A stretch of 39,593 nucleotides of DNA from an uncultured Candidatus Saccharibacteria bacterium (GCA_964613545.1 CAZTHH010000001.1:1-39593); one strand, 5' to 3'. Counted from the first letter of the stretch, positions 16,423-26,432 are shown. The notes: generated by a model not told the origin, from the sequence alone. A program made the numbers and translations.

Positions 16423-18555
16423 ATGAAGTCACAAGAATTCGAAGTGGAAATCGGTGGTAAAAAAGTTACTGCAGTATTTTCTGATTTAGCCGAGCAAGCA
16501 AATGGTTCTGTTATTTTGAAAAGTGGAGGCACGGTAGTGATGGCGACAGCGGTCATTAGTCGTGATGGAAAGTCTAACCCAGGATTTTTTAATCTTACGG
16601 TTGAATATTTAGAAAAGTTTTATGCAGCAGGAAAAATTCTCGGCTCACAATTCACTCGCAGAGAAGGTCGCCCATCTGATCAGGCAATTCTTTCAGCCCG
16701 TGTGATTGACCGTACTATCCGCCCACTCTTTGATCACCGTATTAAAAATGCAGTGCAAGTAATCATCACTGTAATCGCTGTCGGCACCGAAGACCCAAAG
16801 ACGCTCGGTATCAATGCAGCAAGTATCGCACTCCATACATCAAACATTCCATGGGGAGGTCCTGTTGGCGCAGTACACATTAGTAGTACAAATGATGCAC
16901 CAAATCTTGCGGTAAACAATTATTTAAAGCAAGGCAATGATCCCGTCTACTCACTCGACCTCATGGTTTGCGGAAAAGATAAGACGATCAACATGATTGA
17001 AGCAATGTCATTTGAATTCGAAGAAGGGGTAATGGGTAGTGCATTTGACCTCGCAATAGAAGAAATTACAAAATGGGAAAACTTCCAAAAGACACTTCGC
17101 GAAAAACTCGGGAAGGAGAAGCTCGTGTTTCACACCGAAGAAACAACAGAAGAGATCAAGAAGCTGTTTAACGGGCTCATTGTACCGATTCTTGATAAAG
17201 GATTATTCAGCAAAACAGAAAGCAAGAAGACAATTAATGAAGCTGAGCATGAATGGAAAAAGTTTGTAGACGAAAAATACGCTGATAATGAAGGACTTAA
17301 ATTCGTCGCAGAAGACTATATAGAGACCTATATAGACAAGGCGTTACACGATGCTGCGCTAGAAAAAGACATGCGCCCAGATATGCGTGGCATGGATGAA
17401 GTTCGCGCCCTCTCGGGTGTGGCTGGTGGCATATCAGATGTGCTTCATGGCTCAGGAATTTTCTACCGTGGTGAAACACACGTGATGAGCATCCTCACCC
17501 TTGCCGGACCAGATGCAATGCACACTATTGATGGTATTGAATTTGATGCAAAGAAAAGATTTATGCACCACTACAATTTCCCTCCATATTCTGCCGGAGA
17601 AACTGGCCGCGTAGGCGGAATCAATCGCCGAGAAATGGGTCACGGCTTCCTCGCAGAGAAAGCACTTATTCCAGTACTTCCAGATAAAATTTCTTTCCCC
17701 TACACTATTCGTGTTGTGTCTGAATCGACTGCTTCAAATGGATCAACATCCCAAGCAAGTATCTGTGCGGCAACGATTGCACTTATGGATGGAGGAGTTC
17801 CAATCAAAGCACCAGTAGCAGGAATTTCAATCGGTGTAATGATGGATGCAAATGATAGTACAAAATATAAATTGATTACCGACATCCAAGGTCCTGAAGA
17901 CCACTACGGTGATATGGATTTCAAAGTCGCTGGTACTGCAAAAGGTATCACTGCAATTCAGCTTGATATTAAAGTAGATGGTGTTCCCGCACAGGTACTC
18001 AAAGATGCACTCGTTGCTGCAAAGAAAGCACGTCTTGGAATTCTCGATGCAATCAAAGGAGTAATCAGTGAACCAAGAAAAGACATTTCACCAAATGCAC
18101 CAAAGATTGTAGTCACAAAAATTAATAAAGAAAAAATTGGTATGGTAATTGGCCCAGGCGGAAAAAATATCAATGCAATCCGTGAACAAACTGGCACCGA
18201 AATTACTATCGAAGAAGATGGTACTGTATTTATCACTGGAAAGGGTGAAGGAGCAGATAAAGCAAAAGCAATCATTGATGAAATGACGCACGAATGGAAG
18301 CCAGGTGAAATGCTCAAAGGTGAGGTAGTTAAAATTGTAGACTTTGGTGCCTTTGTCCGCTTTGGTGGAAGTACTGAAGGGCTCGTACACGTTTCTGAAA
18401 TGGCACCGTTCCGTGTTGCAAATGTAAATGATATTTTGAAAGAAGGTGAAATTGTCCCAATCAAGATATTAAAGGTAGACGAAAAAGGTAAAATAAGTCT
18501 CTCAATAAAAGAAGCTGATAATAAATTCTTTGAAGCAAAGCAACCAAAGGTGTAA
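16423..18555 (+). CDS. pnp: Polyribonucleotide nucleotidyltransferase (PNPase)
   Basis: 710 aa with two RNase PH domains (FPPYSAGETGR, GSTSQASICA), then KH (GPGGKNINAIREQTG) and S1 (GEVVKIVDFGAFVRF) domains. Confidence 0.95.
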   Translation: MKSQEFEVEIGGKKVTAVFSDLAEQANGSVILKSGGTVVMATAVISRDGKSNPGFFNLTVEYLEKFYAAGKILGSQFTRREGRPSDQAILSARVIDRTIRPLFDHRIKNAVQVIITVIAVGTEDPKTLGINAASIALHTSNIPWGGPVGAVHISSTNDAPNLAVNNYLKQGNDPVYSLDLMVCGKDKTINMIEAMSFEFEEGVMGSAFDLAIEEITKWENFQKTLREKLGKEKLVFHTEETTEEIKKLFNGLIVPILDKGLFSKTESKKTINEAEHEWKKFVDEKYADNEGLKFVAEDYIETYIDKALHDAALEKDMRPDMRGMDEVRALSGVAGGISDVLHGSGIFYRGETHVMSILTLAGPDAMHTIDGIEFDAKKRFMHHYNFPPYSAGETGRVGGINRREMGHGFLAEKALIPVLPDKISFPYTIRVVSESTASNGSTSQASICAATIALMDGGVPIKAPVAGISIGVMMDANDSTKYKLITDIQGPEDHYGDMDFKVAGTAKGITAIQLDIKVDGVPAQVLKDALVAAKKARLGILDAIKGVISEPRKDISPNAPKIVVTKINKEKIGMVIGPGGKNINAIREQTGTEITIEEDGTVFITGKGEGADKAKAIIDEMTHEWKPGEMLKGEVVKIVDFGAFVRFGGSTEGLVHVSEMAPFRVANVNDILKEGEIVPIKILKVDEKGKISLSIKEADNKFFEAKQPKV

Positions 18556-18586
18556 TTCATAAATAGGGTATGCTATTATGTAGCAT

Positions 18587-19456
18587 ATGGATCCCCTCAA
18601 AGAAAATGAACAAAAGGAAATGCCTGTCGTGCCACCTGTGGCTCCAGGCATTTCTGGTATTCGGACGTATGCGAGCGACATGGCTCAAGCACTAGGTGTA
18701 GATTCCACGCAAATACCAGAAAAAGAAAATCTCCAAAATAAAGATACAATACAAAATCTTATTTATAGTATCGGTGGGGTATGCTGTATCCTGATTGGAA
18801 TTCTTGGTCTGGTGTATGCAAATAGTGTCTCAGTAAAAAATGAAGCTGTTAAAAAACAGGTGCCAATAGAACAACCGACGCTCATTACCCACGATACCAG
18901 TGTGTATATTGAACACACTGGTATCGTGGGTAGCGAAAGTGTTGCTACTGCATTAAAAAAAATTAGTAGCGAAAGTGTTGTGCCTGACAAAATAAAAGCG
19001 GTTATTTTTTATACCGGAGAAAAAACAAAATCAATAACCACTTCAGCACTTTTTACAATGATGAATGCAAACGCACCAAAAGAGCTCCTCACCGCTCTTA
19101 CTGATGAGGTAATGATCGGAATTTATACTCCAAAAAATATAAAAGAGAAACCTCATTTATTCTTTTTATTTTCTGTAAAAGACTCAGATAATGCCCACGA
19201 AGGAATGGCCCTCTATGAGAAAACACTTGGAGATGATTTTCATCCATTCTTTGAATCATCAAGCAGTCCACTCGCTCAAACATTTGAAGACACGTTAGTC
19301 GACAATATGATTGTCCGTGTGCTTAAAAATGAATCTGGAAAAGGAATTATGTACACTGCCTTTATAAACAAAGACTATATTGTAATAACTGATGGCATTA
19401 GTGCACTTTCTGAAATCAAACGACGAATTATCACTGAAAATGCAATTCCACTTTAG
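18587..19456 (+). CDS. Hypothetical single-pass membrane protein (289 aa)
   Basis: One TM helix (LIYSIGGVCCILIGILGLVYA) after a roughly 60-aa N-terminus. TGcTATTAT (18571-18579) lies 7 nt before the ATG. Confidence 0.6.
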   Translation: MDPLKENEQKEMPVVPPVAPGISGIRTYASDMAQALGVDSTQIPEKENLQNKDTIQNLIYSIGGVCCILIGILGLVYANSVSVKNEAVKKQVPIEQPTLITHDTSVYIEHTGIVGSESVATALKKISSESVVPDKIKAVIFYTGEKTKSITTSALFTMMNANAPKELLTALTDEVMIGIYTPKNIKEKPHLFFLFSVKDSDNAHEGMALYEKTLGDDFHPFFESSSSPLAQTFEDTLVDNMIVRVLKNESGKGIMYTAFINKDYIVITDGISALSEIKRRIITENAIPL

Positions 19457-19490
19457 TTGCACGTTTTACTCGGCATGATACTATACAGGT

Positions 19491-19850
19491 ATGAATACTG
19501 ATACATATAAAAATAAATTATTGGAAGAAAAGGCAGTGCTTGAAGGAGAACTCGCAAACGTCGCAATCAAACATACTGATAGTGGTGTCTGGGTAGCTGT
19601 GCCAGAAGCAGAAACATATGCCGAAGCAGACGAAAACGACAAAGCTGATCGCGCAGAAGAGTACGAAGCACGTACGGCGCTTGTAAACACACTCACCGAA
19701 AGATTGGGAGATATTCTCATCTCGCTTGCAAATATTGAAGCGGGGAGTTTTGGTACCTGTTATGGATGCGGAATGCAAATAGAAGAAGACAGACTCGAGG
19801 CAAACCCAGCAGCACAAACCTGCAAAACATGCATGAATAAAGTACTCTAA
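19491..19850 (+). CDS. DksA/TraR-family C4 zinc-finger protein
   Basis: 119 aa. An acidic coiled-coil is followed by CYGCGMQIEEDRLEANPAAQTCKTC. Confidence 0.8.
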   Translation: MNTDTYKNKLLEEKAVLEGELANVAIKHTDSGVWVAVPEAETYAEADENDKADRAEEYEARTALVNTLTERLGDILISLANIEAGSFGTCYGCGMQIEEDRLEANPAAQTCKTCMNKVL

Positions 19851-19874
19851 TTTTATTTAATTAATTACAATTGT

Positions 19875-19906
19875 AAAAACCTAAAGAATACATTCTTTAG
19901 GTTTTT
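19875..19906 (+). terminator. Intrinsic terminator
   Basis: AAAAACCTAAAGAAT / ATTCTTTAGGTTTTT stem. Confidence 0.8.
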
Positions 19907-19947
19907 ACTTTAGGAAAAGTTTATCTTTCTTTTACTACAATAGACCT

Positions 19948-21519
19948 ATGTCATTTTCACGAGTGTACGCGGCACAACCATATATACTAAAGGGAAAAAT
20001 TGTCACTATTGAAGTGGATATCACCAAAGGCACACTTCATGCTTTTACTATGGTAGGCCTGCCGGACAAAGCAGTCGATGAAGCAAAAGATAGGATGAGT
20101 TCAGCACTAAAAAATTCTGGATATAATTCTCCCAAAAATCAAAATCAGAAAATCGTTATCTCACTATCTCCGGCAGACTTAAAAAAGGAGGGCGCGTATT
20201 TTGATTTAGGAATTGCAATTTCATATTTACTCTCTGCCGAAGAATTAGACTTCAATCCCGAGAAAAAATTATTTCTTGGTGAGCTCTCACTCAATGGGGA
20301 ACTCCGCCCAATCAAAGGAGTATTGCCACTCACTCAGATTGCACAAAAAGAAGGATATACAGAAATTTTTGTTCCAACAGAAAATGCAAAAGAAGCGGCA
20401 CTCGTCGAAGGAATTACCATATATGGGGCACGTACACTAAAAGAAGTTATCGATCATCTCTATACAATCAAATACAATAAAAAAGGAGAAGCATTGGAGC
20501 CAGAGCGCCCTAAAATACTTCCGCAAACAAAAACAGAAATTATAAAGGCAGAGAAAATACACAACATAGATTTCTGCGACATCCGTGGGCAAGAAGGTGC
20601 AAAACGCGGTCTTGAAATTGCCGCAGCGGGCGGACACAACATCGCAATGAGCGGACCGCCGGGAACAGGAAAGACAATGCTCGCCAGAGTATTCTCGCAT
20701 ATTCTACCGGACCTACAGAATGATGATATTCTTGAAATCACCGGCATTCATTCTATTGTCGGACTTTTGGAAAGTGAATTAATTACGGAAGCCCCATTCC
20801 GTGCACCGCACCATACTGCATCATATGTTTCCATTATCGGCGGAGGATCAAATGTAAAACCAGGGGAGGTAACACTCGCACACAAAGGAGTACTATTCCT
20901 CGATGAATTTCCAGAATTTGAAAAGAAGGTTTTGGAGAGTTTACGCCAACCACTCGAAGACAATATTGTTTCTGTCTCTCGTGCAAAAGGCACCGCAATT
21001 TTCCCGTCCAACTTTATCCTTGTCGCAGCGATGAATCCATGCCCGTGCGGACACAAAGGTAATAAGCAAAAGCAGTGCATCTGTAAACCAAGTGATTTAG
21101 ATAAATACAAAAGAAAACTTTCAGGACCAATAATGGATAGAATAGATATCTGGGTGACGGTCGGCGCAGTGGACTTTGACAAGCTTTCCACCGAGCAATC
21201 GTACGGAGAAAAAACTAATACAATAAAAGAAAGAGTCTTAAAAGCAAGAGAAACTCAAGAAAAAAGATTTAAAAGAGCCACAAGAAAAATTAAAACAAAT
21301 AGTGAAATGAATGTAAAAGAATTAAATACATTCGCCCCGCTTTCCGAAGAAGTAAAACAAATCCTAAACCAAAGCGCCGAACGCCTTCAGCTTTCCGCCC
21401 GTGCATACCACCGCACAATAAAACTCGCCCGCACCATCGCGGATCTTGAAGGTAGTGAAAATATTTCCGCTTCGCACGTCCTCGAAGCACTGCAATACAG
21501 GCCAAAGGTAAATAATTAG
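19948..21519 (+). CDS. yifB: Mg-chelatase-like AAA+ ATPase, YifB/ComM family
   Basis: 523 aa. Lon-protease-like N-domain, Walker A (GPPGTGKT), Walker B (VLFLDEFPEF) and a CPCG zinc motif. Confidence 0.85.
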   Translation: MSFSRVYAAQPYILKGKIVTIEVDITKGTLHAFTMVGLPDKAVDEAKDRMSSALKNSGYNSPKNQNQKIVISLSPADLKKEGAYFDLGIAISYLLSAEELDFNPEKKLFLGELSLNGELRPIKGVLPLTQIAQKEGYTEIFVPTENAKEAALVEGITIYGARTLKEVIDHLYTIKYNKKGEALEPERPKILPQTKTEIIKAEKIHNIDFCDIRGQEGAKRGLEIAAAGGHNIAMSGPPGTGKTMLARVFSHILPDLQNDDILEITGIHSIVGLLESELITEAPFRAPHHTASYVSIIGGGSNVKPGEVTLAHKGVLFLDEFPEFEKKVLESLRQPLEDNIVSVSRAKGTAIFPSNFILVAAMNPCPCGHKGNKQKQCICKPSDLDKYKRKLSGPIMDRIDIWVTVGAVDFDKLSTEQSYGEKTNTIKERVLKARETQEKRFKRATRKIKTNSEMNVKELNTFAPLSEEVKQILNQSAERLQLSARAYHRTIKLARTIADLEGSENISASHVLEALQYRPKVNN

Positions 21520-21520
21520 C

Positions 21521-21556
21521 ATAAAATAAAATCCCCGTTCGGGGATTTTATTTTAT
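21521..21556. terminator. Bidirectional terminator (16-bp perfect palindromic stem)
   Basis: ATAAAATAAAATCCCC-gttc-GGGGATTTTATTTTAT between convergent genes. Confidence 0.85.
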
Positions 21557-21564
21557 GCGAGGTT

Positions 21565-21948
21565 TTATTTATTATAGAGTGCTCTTATTTTTGATCCAGC
21601 AACACCATCAGCGGGGAGCCCTTTAAAATTCTGGTATTCAATGAGTGCATCTTTGGTAAGCTGTCCAAAATTTCCAGTTGCTTTGTTTGCAGCGAGGGCT
21701 TTTGCCGCGGGGCCGACGTTTTTCTTTATTAAAAATTGCTGGAGTTTTGTGACGTCTGCACCTTTCATTCCCATCTTTAAGTTGCGCACAGTGCTCTTCT
21801 TCTTTTTCGCTTTTGGCTTTGCTGAATGCGGAGCAGTTTCTAAAGTAATCAATGGGGGATTGGTATATAATTTCTCTGCATTTACAGAAAGCGGGCTACC
21901 GATAAATAAACAGAAAATAAATAAAATTGGTGTAATTTTTTTAATCAT
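21565..21948 (-). CDS. Secreted peptidoglycan-binding domain (PG_binding_1-like) protein
   Basis: 127 aa with a signal peptide. GADVTKLQQFLIKK...GNFGQLTKDALIEYQNFKGLPADGVAG matches the PG-binding repeat pattern. Confidence 0.7.
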   Translation of the reverse strand: MIKKITPILFIFCLFIGSPLSVNAEKLYTNPPLITLETAPHSAKPKAKKKKSTVRNLKMGMKGADVTKLQQFLIKKNVGPAAKALAANKATGNFGQLTKDALIEYQNFKGLPADGVAGSKIRALYNK

Positions 21949-21966
21949 ATGTTTTATTCTAAAATA

Positions 21967-23268
21967 CTAATCATGAAAATCATCAGAAGTACTGGATTTC
22001 TTTAATCCCGCAAAAGGATTTTTATCTCCTCGTACCTCAAAATGAAGGTGTGGTCCAGTAGACTTTCCCGTAGATCCAACATACCCGATAATCTGACCTT
22101 GCTTCACGTGTGTCCCTGCAACAGCGGCTACTTTACTCATATGAGCATACATACCCTGAGTACCATTATCAAAATTTTCTACAACATAGAGACCATATCC
22201 GCCATTGTACCCTTGTGAATCAGCAATAAGGATAGTTCCGTCAGCAACTGCAAATATTGGTGTACCTATAGGTCCACGGAAATCAATACCATTCGAACCA
22301 TGCAACAGTTGAGAAATACTTCCCACCCCTTGTGGAAACGGCCATATATATCCATGCGCAATCTGTCCTGATGGTTGTGGTATATTTGTTTCAGGATCAG
22401 TAATTTTCTGGATAGGGGTGATAGCTGGCACAATTGCTGGAGCTTTTACTACAATAGGTGTTTCTACTACAGCGGTAGTCTTTTTTGCTTTATCAGCTTT
22501 CGCCTTTGCGAGAGCAGATTTTTCTTTTGTATCAGCATTCTTAATTTCATTTGCACTTACTCCAACCAAAAAGATAGTATCCCCACCATTTACTTCACTA
22601 GCTTTTTCAAGGAGATTATATTCCACAATATCACGAACCGTCGTGCCATATTTAGTAGCCACACTTTCAGCAGTTTCACCCTTTTTAACAGAATAGGCAA
22701 TACCATTAAGTGGCATAATAGTAAGCACAGTCCCAACTTTTATAAGATCAGCACGTTTTATATCACTGTTTGCATAAATAATGGCATATTTACTAACTTT
22801 TTCTTTTTTTGCAATAGAATCGAGCGTCTCACCCTTTTGCACAACGTGAATACCGAACTTAGAATCACTAATGTAACTTCCATTATCAAAATCAGCTTCA
22901 GTTCCCATCGGACCATTTTTTGACTCAAGTGCTTCATCGCCCACGATAGTCACCGTAGCTGAAGTATCAACATTCTTTAAATCAGTAGTAAGGCTTGGCT
23001 CCAGCAGGGGAACTGTTTGTGAATTATGCACAACATCGTCAGAGAGGGGTAACTCATTAGCTTGTGCATTTTGCGTAAAGAAGTCACTCATAAAAGAGAA
23101 AAATCCAGCATGTGCGGTGAGAGGTGAGATTAGAATTGCAGACATGGCAAAAAAACATACTAGCGCTTTTACCATTGAAAGCTTATAAAATAAAGATATT
23201 TTAGGAGAAACGGCATTTGAAGTAGCAGAAAAGCTCATTTCACCCTTTTTAATTTTAGTATTTTTCAT
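21967..23268 (-). CDS. LysM-domain M23 family metallopeptidase
   Basis: 433 aa with an N-terminal TM/signal segment. Two LysM-like units (HVVQKGETLDSIAKK..., YSVKKGETAESVATKYG...). C-terminal M23 motifs GIDFRG and GSTGKSTGPHLHFEVR. Confidence 0.85.
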   Translation of the reverse strand: MKNTKIKKGEMSFSATSNAVSPKISLFYKLSMVKALVCFFAMSAILISPLTAHAGFFSFMSDFFTQNAQANELPLSDDVVHNSQTVPLLEPSLTTDLKNVDTSATVTIVGDEALESKNGPMGTEADFDNGSYISDSKFGIHVVQKGETLDSIAKKEKVSKYAIIYANSDIKRADLIKVGTVLTIMPLNGIAYSVKKGETAESVATKYGTTVRDIVEYNLLEKASEVNGGDTIFLVGVSANEIKNADTKEKSALAKAKADKAKKTTAVVETPIVVKAPAIVPAITPIQKITDPETNIPQPSGQIAHGYIWPFPQGVGSISQLLHGSNGIDFRGPIGTPIFAVADGTILIADSQGYNGGYGLYVVENFDNGTQGMYAHMSKVAAVAGTHVKQGQIIGYVGSTGKSTGPHLHFEVRGDKNPFAGLKKSSTSDDFHD

Positions 23269-23410
23269 AAGAATATAACGGTGTGGCGGTGGCTCAGATA
23301 GCTTACATGGGTGCTGAATACTGTATATATAGTGGCCTCATGGCTCCCTATATATAAAGGGTAGCCCATATGGGGAATCAAGTCAACCAAATCTGGGGAA
23401 AGAGAGTGAA

Positions 23411-23439
23411 TAGACACAATAATGTATAAATTGTATAAT
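23411..23439 (+). promoter_or_regulatory. Promoter of the 872-aa membrane protein gene (TAGACA-17-TATAAT)
   Basis: TAGACA 23411-23416 and TATAAT 23434-23439, with the ATG at 23446 six nt downstream. It sits inside an 11-bp-arm palindrome (23422-23447). Confidence 0.55.
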
Positions 23440-23445
23440 TTATAC

Positions 23446-26064
23446 ATGGAAAAACGCACACAGAAAAAAACTTTTACTCCACTATCAGAAAAAGCCCTGA
23501 AAACAGCCACCATAAGACAACTCCTTGATAAGGGATACGACATTACAAGTCCTGAAGTAATTGCGTCCAATAAACGCGATATCGTAAAATTAGAAGCTAG
23601 CATAAAAGCAAAGGAAGAAAAAATAAAGTCTCGAATTCCTCCAAAAAGTTCAGTAGGGGCACCAGCACCGAGTGACGCTAGAGAGCCTGTAGGTATAACA
23701 GCAGCTGATCCAATTCACAACGAAGAACCAGTAGCGCTAGAAACAACCACTGAAGCAAAAGAAGAAGATACAACACCTGAAGTAATCCCTGAAATAGCCT
23801 CATCACCAATCAAGCAAGTAGAATTACTAGAAAAAGACAAGGAGCCAGTAGCACCACTTGAACAAAAAGATATCCCAGTAATTCATCTTGAACAACTCGA
23901 GAGTAACTTTATCGCAAAGCGTGAAATGTATGTAAAAGAACTCAATAAATACAATACGGAACGTAAAACATGGAGACAGTCAGCGTATAGATTGGGGCAG
24001 TGGCTTGGAATTACTTCCGAAGAAGAACATTTAGCAGAAAAATATCCAAATCTTATTGCATTAAAAAATACATACGATGCCGCTCGAATGACATACAGCG
24101 AGACAGCAATTATTGAAAAAACAGCGGCAATAAAAGCAGAGAATCCAAATATTACAAAAGAAGCACTTACGCAAACGCTCAACGAATACAGAGAAGGGGT
24201 AATAAATAAACGTATTCATCATGAAGAGTACCCAGAACTCACCAATGCGCAAGCAGAAAAACTTCCTCCAAACCGAAAACAAATCTACGACAAACTAGCC
24301 GGTGCATACGGATGGTACGCAAAGGGAACTGGTTTTGGGGCAAAGGTTAAACGTGCAGCTATTTCTACTGCCGTTTTCGGAACTGTTGGTGTATCATTTG
24401 GCGCTGCCGCAGCGATGGGGACCGGAGCATATCTTGGATATCGTTTTGCTAAAGGTGTCATCTCAGCCACTACTTCTGGCATGGTAGTAAAAGTTATTAA
24501 GAACTATCAAGAAAAAAGTATGAAGAAATTCACTGATATGCAAGCCAGCGCAAAAGAAAAAGCACTCTCAGATTTTAATACTGGCATAATCAATCTTGTA
24601 CAATACGAAAATAAATTAAAAGAAATAGAAAAAAGTATTGAAAAGAAAAATCGTAATCAACTCCTTGCTCGAGCAGGGGCAGGACTGCTCGTCGGCTTTG
24701 GTACTTCATATGGAATACAAGCAGCAGGGGGGCAAACACTTTACGAAGATGCATACCGATCAATAAAAGGAGGTGCACCAGAGGGAGGAAGCACCGTACA
24801 TCATCCACAAATAGGGGGCACTCCAATAGAAAAAAAGCCTGGAATGATATCTTCACAAGAAAAGCCAACCCACATTTCTGATTATGCAAAAGTACGTGCA
24901 ACCGAAGGAATCACTCATGCCCTCAAAGCACAACTTGAAAATAACACAGAACTCGCTCAAAAACTTGGATACCCTCTATCAGGAACAACAATGGAGAAAG
25001 CTCATTTCTTAATGAATATGGCAAAATCCCACGGATACATAGATGACACAGGAGAAATACGGGTGGGGGAAGTTGGAGCTGCCTATGTATTAAATGCAGA
25101 TGGAAGTATTACAGAATATGCCCCAGATGGTACAACTTCAGTAGAAACACACGTTGAGGGTGGTTCAAACAATGATCTTTCTGGAGGAAATGAAAGCTAT
25201 GAATACCGTGAACCAATGACAACACAAGGTGACATCACAGGAAAAGGGAATCTAATGAATGAATCCCAAAATAACACCACACAACAAAATTTTAATTCCA
25301 AGGAACCATTGATAGATTTATCTTCAAGAAAAATATCACCCATACCATCAACTCTAAATAACGAACCACTCAAATTACATACAATTGATTCTACGACGAT
25401 ACCAAAAGCTAATGAAAACGGAGGGGGTGGCTATTTCGACGGCTATGATTTCAAAACTCCTGAATACACAGAATCACAACCAGACTACAGCATCGGAAAC
25501 AATAATGATGGGTTACATTTTACAAAACAAGATGGTGGGGCTTTTGTATTACGTAACCAACAAAATCCTCTCAACCAAAAACTATTTAATGTAAGGCAAC
25601 GAATGCAAGGATATAATCCAAGAGGGAAATACTATAATCCTAATGCGGTAAAATGGTCAAAAACAGCACCAGGTAGTGAACCGACAACACACGCAACACC
25701 GACCCCAACACCAAAAGTAATTCCAAGTATCGAAAACATTGAGGCGCACAAACACAATGTAATTGATAAGATATTTGGACATAAAAAATTATTTGGAAAG
25801 CATGTACACGGTGAAGACTCTGAGTCATGGAAAAAAATGAAAAACATGACACTGGATAAAATAATGAATGGAAACAAAAAAGACTTTCCACGTTTTGAAC
25901 GAGATGAGGTAAATGATATTAAATTCCTTATGCGAAAAATAGGAATGGCAACAACTGATCCAAACGGAAAGCCGATAACAGTAGATACCCTGACCAAAAT
26001 CCTCGCAAAAATGGAAGTAGAGCAAAAATTAAACGTCGCAACATTATTAGCAAAAGAACATTAA
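23446..26064 (+). CDS. Large hypothetical membrane protein (872 aa from Met 23446; the track ORF starts at 23422)
   Basis: Long ORF with a charged/coiled N-terminal third. Gly/Ala-rich hydrophobic segments AAISTAVFGTVGVSFGAAAAMGTGAYLGY and LLARAGAGLLVGFGTSYGIQAAGG. Roughly 440-aa C-terminal region with no recognisable motif. Confidence 0.7.
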   Translation: MEKRTQKKTFTPLSEKALKTATIRQLLDKGYDITSPEVIASNKRDIVKLEASIKAKEEKIKSRIPPKSSVGAPAPSDAREPVGITAADPIHNEEPVALETTTEAKEEDTTPEVIPEIASSPIKQVELLEKDKEPVAPLEQKDIPVIHLEQLESNFIAKREMYVKELNKYNTERKTWRQSAYRLGQWLGITSEEEHLAEKYPNLIALKNTYDAARMTYSETAIIEKTAAIKAENPNITKEALTQTLNEYREGVINKRIHHEEYPELTNAQAEKLPPNRKQIYDKLAGAYGWYAKGTGFGAKVKRAAISTAVFGTVGVSFGAAAAMGTGAYLGYRFAKGVISATTSGMVVKVIKNYQEKSMKKFTDMQASAKEKALSDFNTGIINLVQYENKLKEIEKSIEKKNRNQLLARAGAGLLVGFGTSYGIQAAGGQTLYEDAYRSIKGGAPEGGSTVHHPQIGGTPIEKKPGMISSQEKPTHISDYAKVRATEGITHALKAQLENNTELAQKLGYPLSGTTMEKAHFLMNMAKSHGYIDDTGEIRVGEVGAAYVLNADGSITEYAPDGTTSVETHVEGGSNNDLSGGNESYEYREPMTTQGDITGKGNLMNESQNNTTQQNFNSKEPLIDLSSRKISPIPSTLNNEPLKLHTIDSTTIPKANENGGGGYFDGYDFKTPEYTESQPDYSIGNNNDGLHFTKQDGGAFVLRNQQNPLNQKLFNVRQRMQGYNPRGKYYNPNAVKWSKTAPGSEPTTHATPTPTPKVIPSIENIEAHKHNVIDKIFGHKKLFGKHVHGEDSESWKKMKNMTLDKIMNGNKKDFPRFERDEVNDIKFLMRKIGMATTDPNGKPITVDTLTKILAKMEVEQKLNVATLLAKEH

Positions 26065-26071
26065 TTAATAT

Positions 26072-26371
26072 ATGGATACATCACTACACACAATTCTCGT
26101 AAAAGCATTACAAATCTCATCACTCCCAGAGCAGGAACAGCAAGAAATGATTGCTTCAGTAGGAGGAATTATTTACCAAGCAGTACTCTTGCGCGCCCTC
26201 GAAGAAATGACTGAGGAGCAGACAACTGCATTTGAAAAAATCACCGAAGAAAGTACCGATCCCAAAACACTCTTTACATTCCTTCGTGGAAATCTTCCAC
26301 AATTTGACCAAATGATTGAAGAAGAGACAATGAAGTTCGTTGCTGAAGGGCAATCACTCATGAATAAATAA
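26072..26371 (+). CDS. Small acidic helical protein (99 aa), possibly the Patescibacteria-specific DUF5663-like family
   Basis: Starts 7 nt after the preceding gene. Glu-rich with predicted helices. The family assignment is from memory only. Confidence 0.55.
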   Translation: MDTSLHTILVKALQISSLPEQEQQEMIASVGGIIYQAVLLRALEEMTEEQTTAFEKITEESTDPKTLFTFLRGNLPQFDQMIEEETMKFVAEGQSLMNK

Positions 26372-26386
26372 ATAATAGACACACAT

Positions 26387-26415
26387 AAAAACGCACGAGA
26401 TACTCGTGCGTTTTT
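26387..26415 (+). terminator. Intrinsic terminator
   Basis: AAAAACGCACGAG-ata-CTCGTGCGTTTTT. Confidence 0.8.
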
Positions 26416-26432
26416 ATGTTAGAATGGGCTCT

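Noticed and set aside
17958-18560. 200-aa minus-strand ORF inside pnp; similar antisense ORFs occur at 20748-21191 in yifB, 32258-32653 and 34472-34849 in the giant genes, and 28255-28671 across the helicase/rsmA junction.
   Set aside because: All are antisense to genes with strong conserved motifs. Their compositions (Ser/Pro/Val-rich) mirror the sense-strand codon bias. I treat them as shadow ORFs.
23281-23330. tRNA-like string (gtggcggtggctcagatagc) resembling an acceptor stem plus D-arm.
   Set aside because: No T-arm (GGTTCGAATCC-like) or matching 3' acceptor strand follows on either strand, so a cloverleaf cannot be drawn.
23265-23603. 112-aa minus-strand ORF spanning the divergent intergenic region and the 5' end of the 872-aa gene.
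   Set aside because: It overlaps the promoter and the start of a much longer, better-supported plus-strand gene, and also the start of the M23 gene. It has no motif and is likely spurious.
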